A stretch of 64,000 bases of DNA from Chloropicon primus (lineage: Eukaryota): the NCBI GenBank assembly GCA_023205875.1, contig CP060757.1:248001-312000 (forward strand), given 5' to 3'. Below are positions 63,624 through 64,000 of this stretch, one piece after another. The notes under the pieces are model-generated. The model made no database searches. It saw only the letters and a program-made list of their open reading frames with translations, and was not told the DNA's origin. The number at the start of each line of letters is the position of its first letter. The first letter of the stretch is position 1. Made by a program: the position numbers and the translations under genes.

Positions 63624-64000
63624 ATGGCGATGGCGACGGAGTGCAGGGGAAGGGCGGAAGGGCGAGGGAGGAGGGGGGCGACGGGATCGAGGATGTCAGG
63701 CAGCTCTAGAGTCGCTTCATCGAGGAATTGGGTGTGGACGAGGGCTGCGGCGTCGAACAGGGGGAAGACGTGGAAGGGGAGTGAAAGGGTTGGGAGGCAG
63801 AGGCAGGTGCGTGCGAGGGGGTTCAAGTTCGAGGACGTGAGTGAGGAGGGGGTGGGGGTGGATGAGTTGGATCTTTTCTCTCCCGCGAAGATCAACCTAT
63901 TCCTGCGGATCACAAAGCGGAGGCCGGACGGGTTTCACGAGCTGGCGTCTTTGTTTCAGACGATAGCGTTTGGGGACACCATGAAGATCTCCAAGCTGGC
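63624..64000 (+). CDS. ispE: 4-diphosphocytidyl-2-C-methyl-D-erythritol kinase, 3' end outside window
   Basis: Manual translation: transit-like N-terminus, then [35 protein letters not shown]. The frame is open to the window end. Confidence 0.93.
   Translation, partial: MAMATECRGRAEGRGRRGATGSRMSGSSRVASSRNWVWTRAAASNRGKTWKGSERVGRQRQVRARGFKFEDVSEEGVGVDELDLFSPAKINLFLRITKRRPDGFHELASLFQTIAFGDTMKISKL

Overview
Gene-dense, GC-rich eukaryotic nuclear DNA with short GT-AG introns, CT/GA microsatellites in non-coding DNA, TGTAA poly(A)-type signals behind many stop codons, and plastid-targeted genes (tatA/THA4, ispE, plastid-type LPD, DUF1997). This fits a compact picoplanktonic green alga (Chloropicon-like; inference). 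About 37 protein-coding genes can be supported. Several were rebuilt from phase-consistent splice sites and are missing or fragmented in the ORF track. I found no rRNA, tRNA, CRISPR array or intact mobile element. Main observations: (1) a probable bicistronic locus, with a 76-aa UQCC5/SMIM4-like gene ending 41 nt before a PIH1D2-like gene, plus two more candidate pairs; (2) four cilium-associated genes (OSCP1, BBS12-like chaperonin, Fuzzy-like longin protein, PIH1D2-like), two of them in the candidate second-cistron position; (3) an apparently chimeric protein joining a Sec16 C-terminal motif to a Uso1/p115 C-terminal tail; (4) a secreted FN2-LTD-CotH kinase; (5) a TWD40-1-like protein with two FCHO/SGIP1-type AP2-activator motifs; (6) three bacterial-type SPFH paralogues. 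All family assignments come from recognising motifs by eye, not from database searches.
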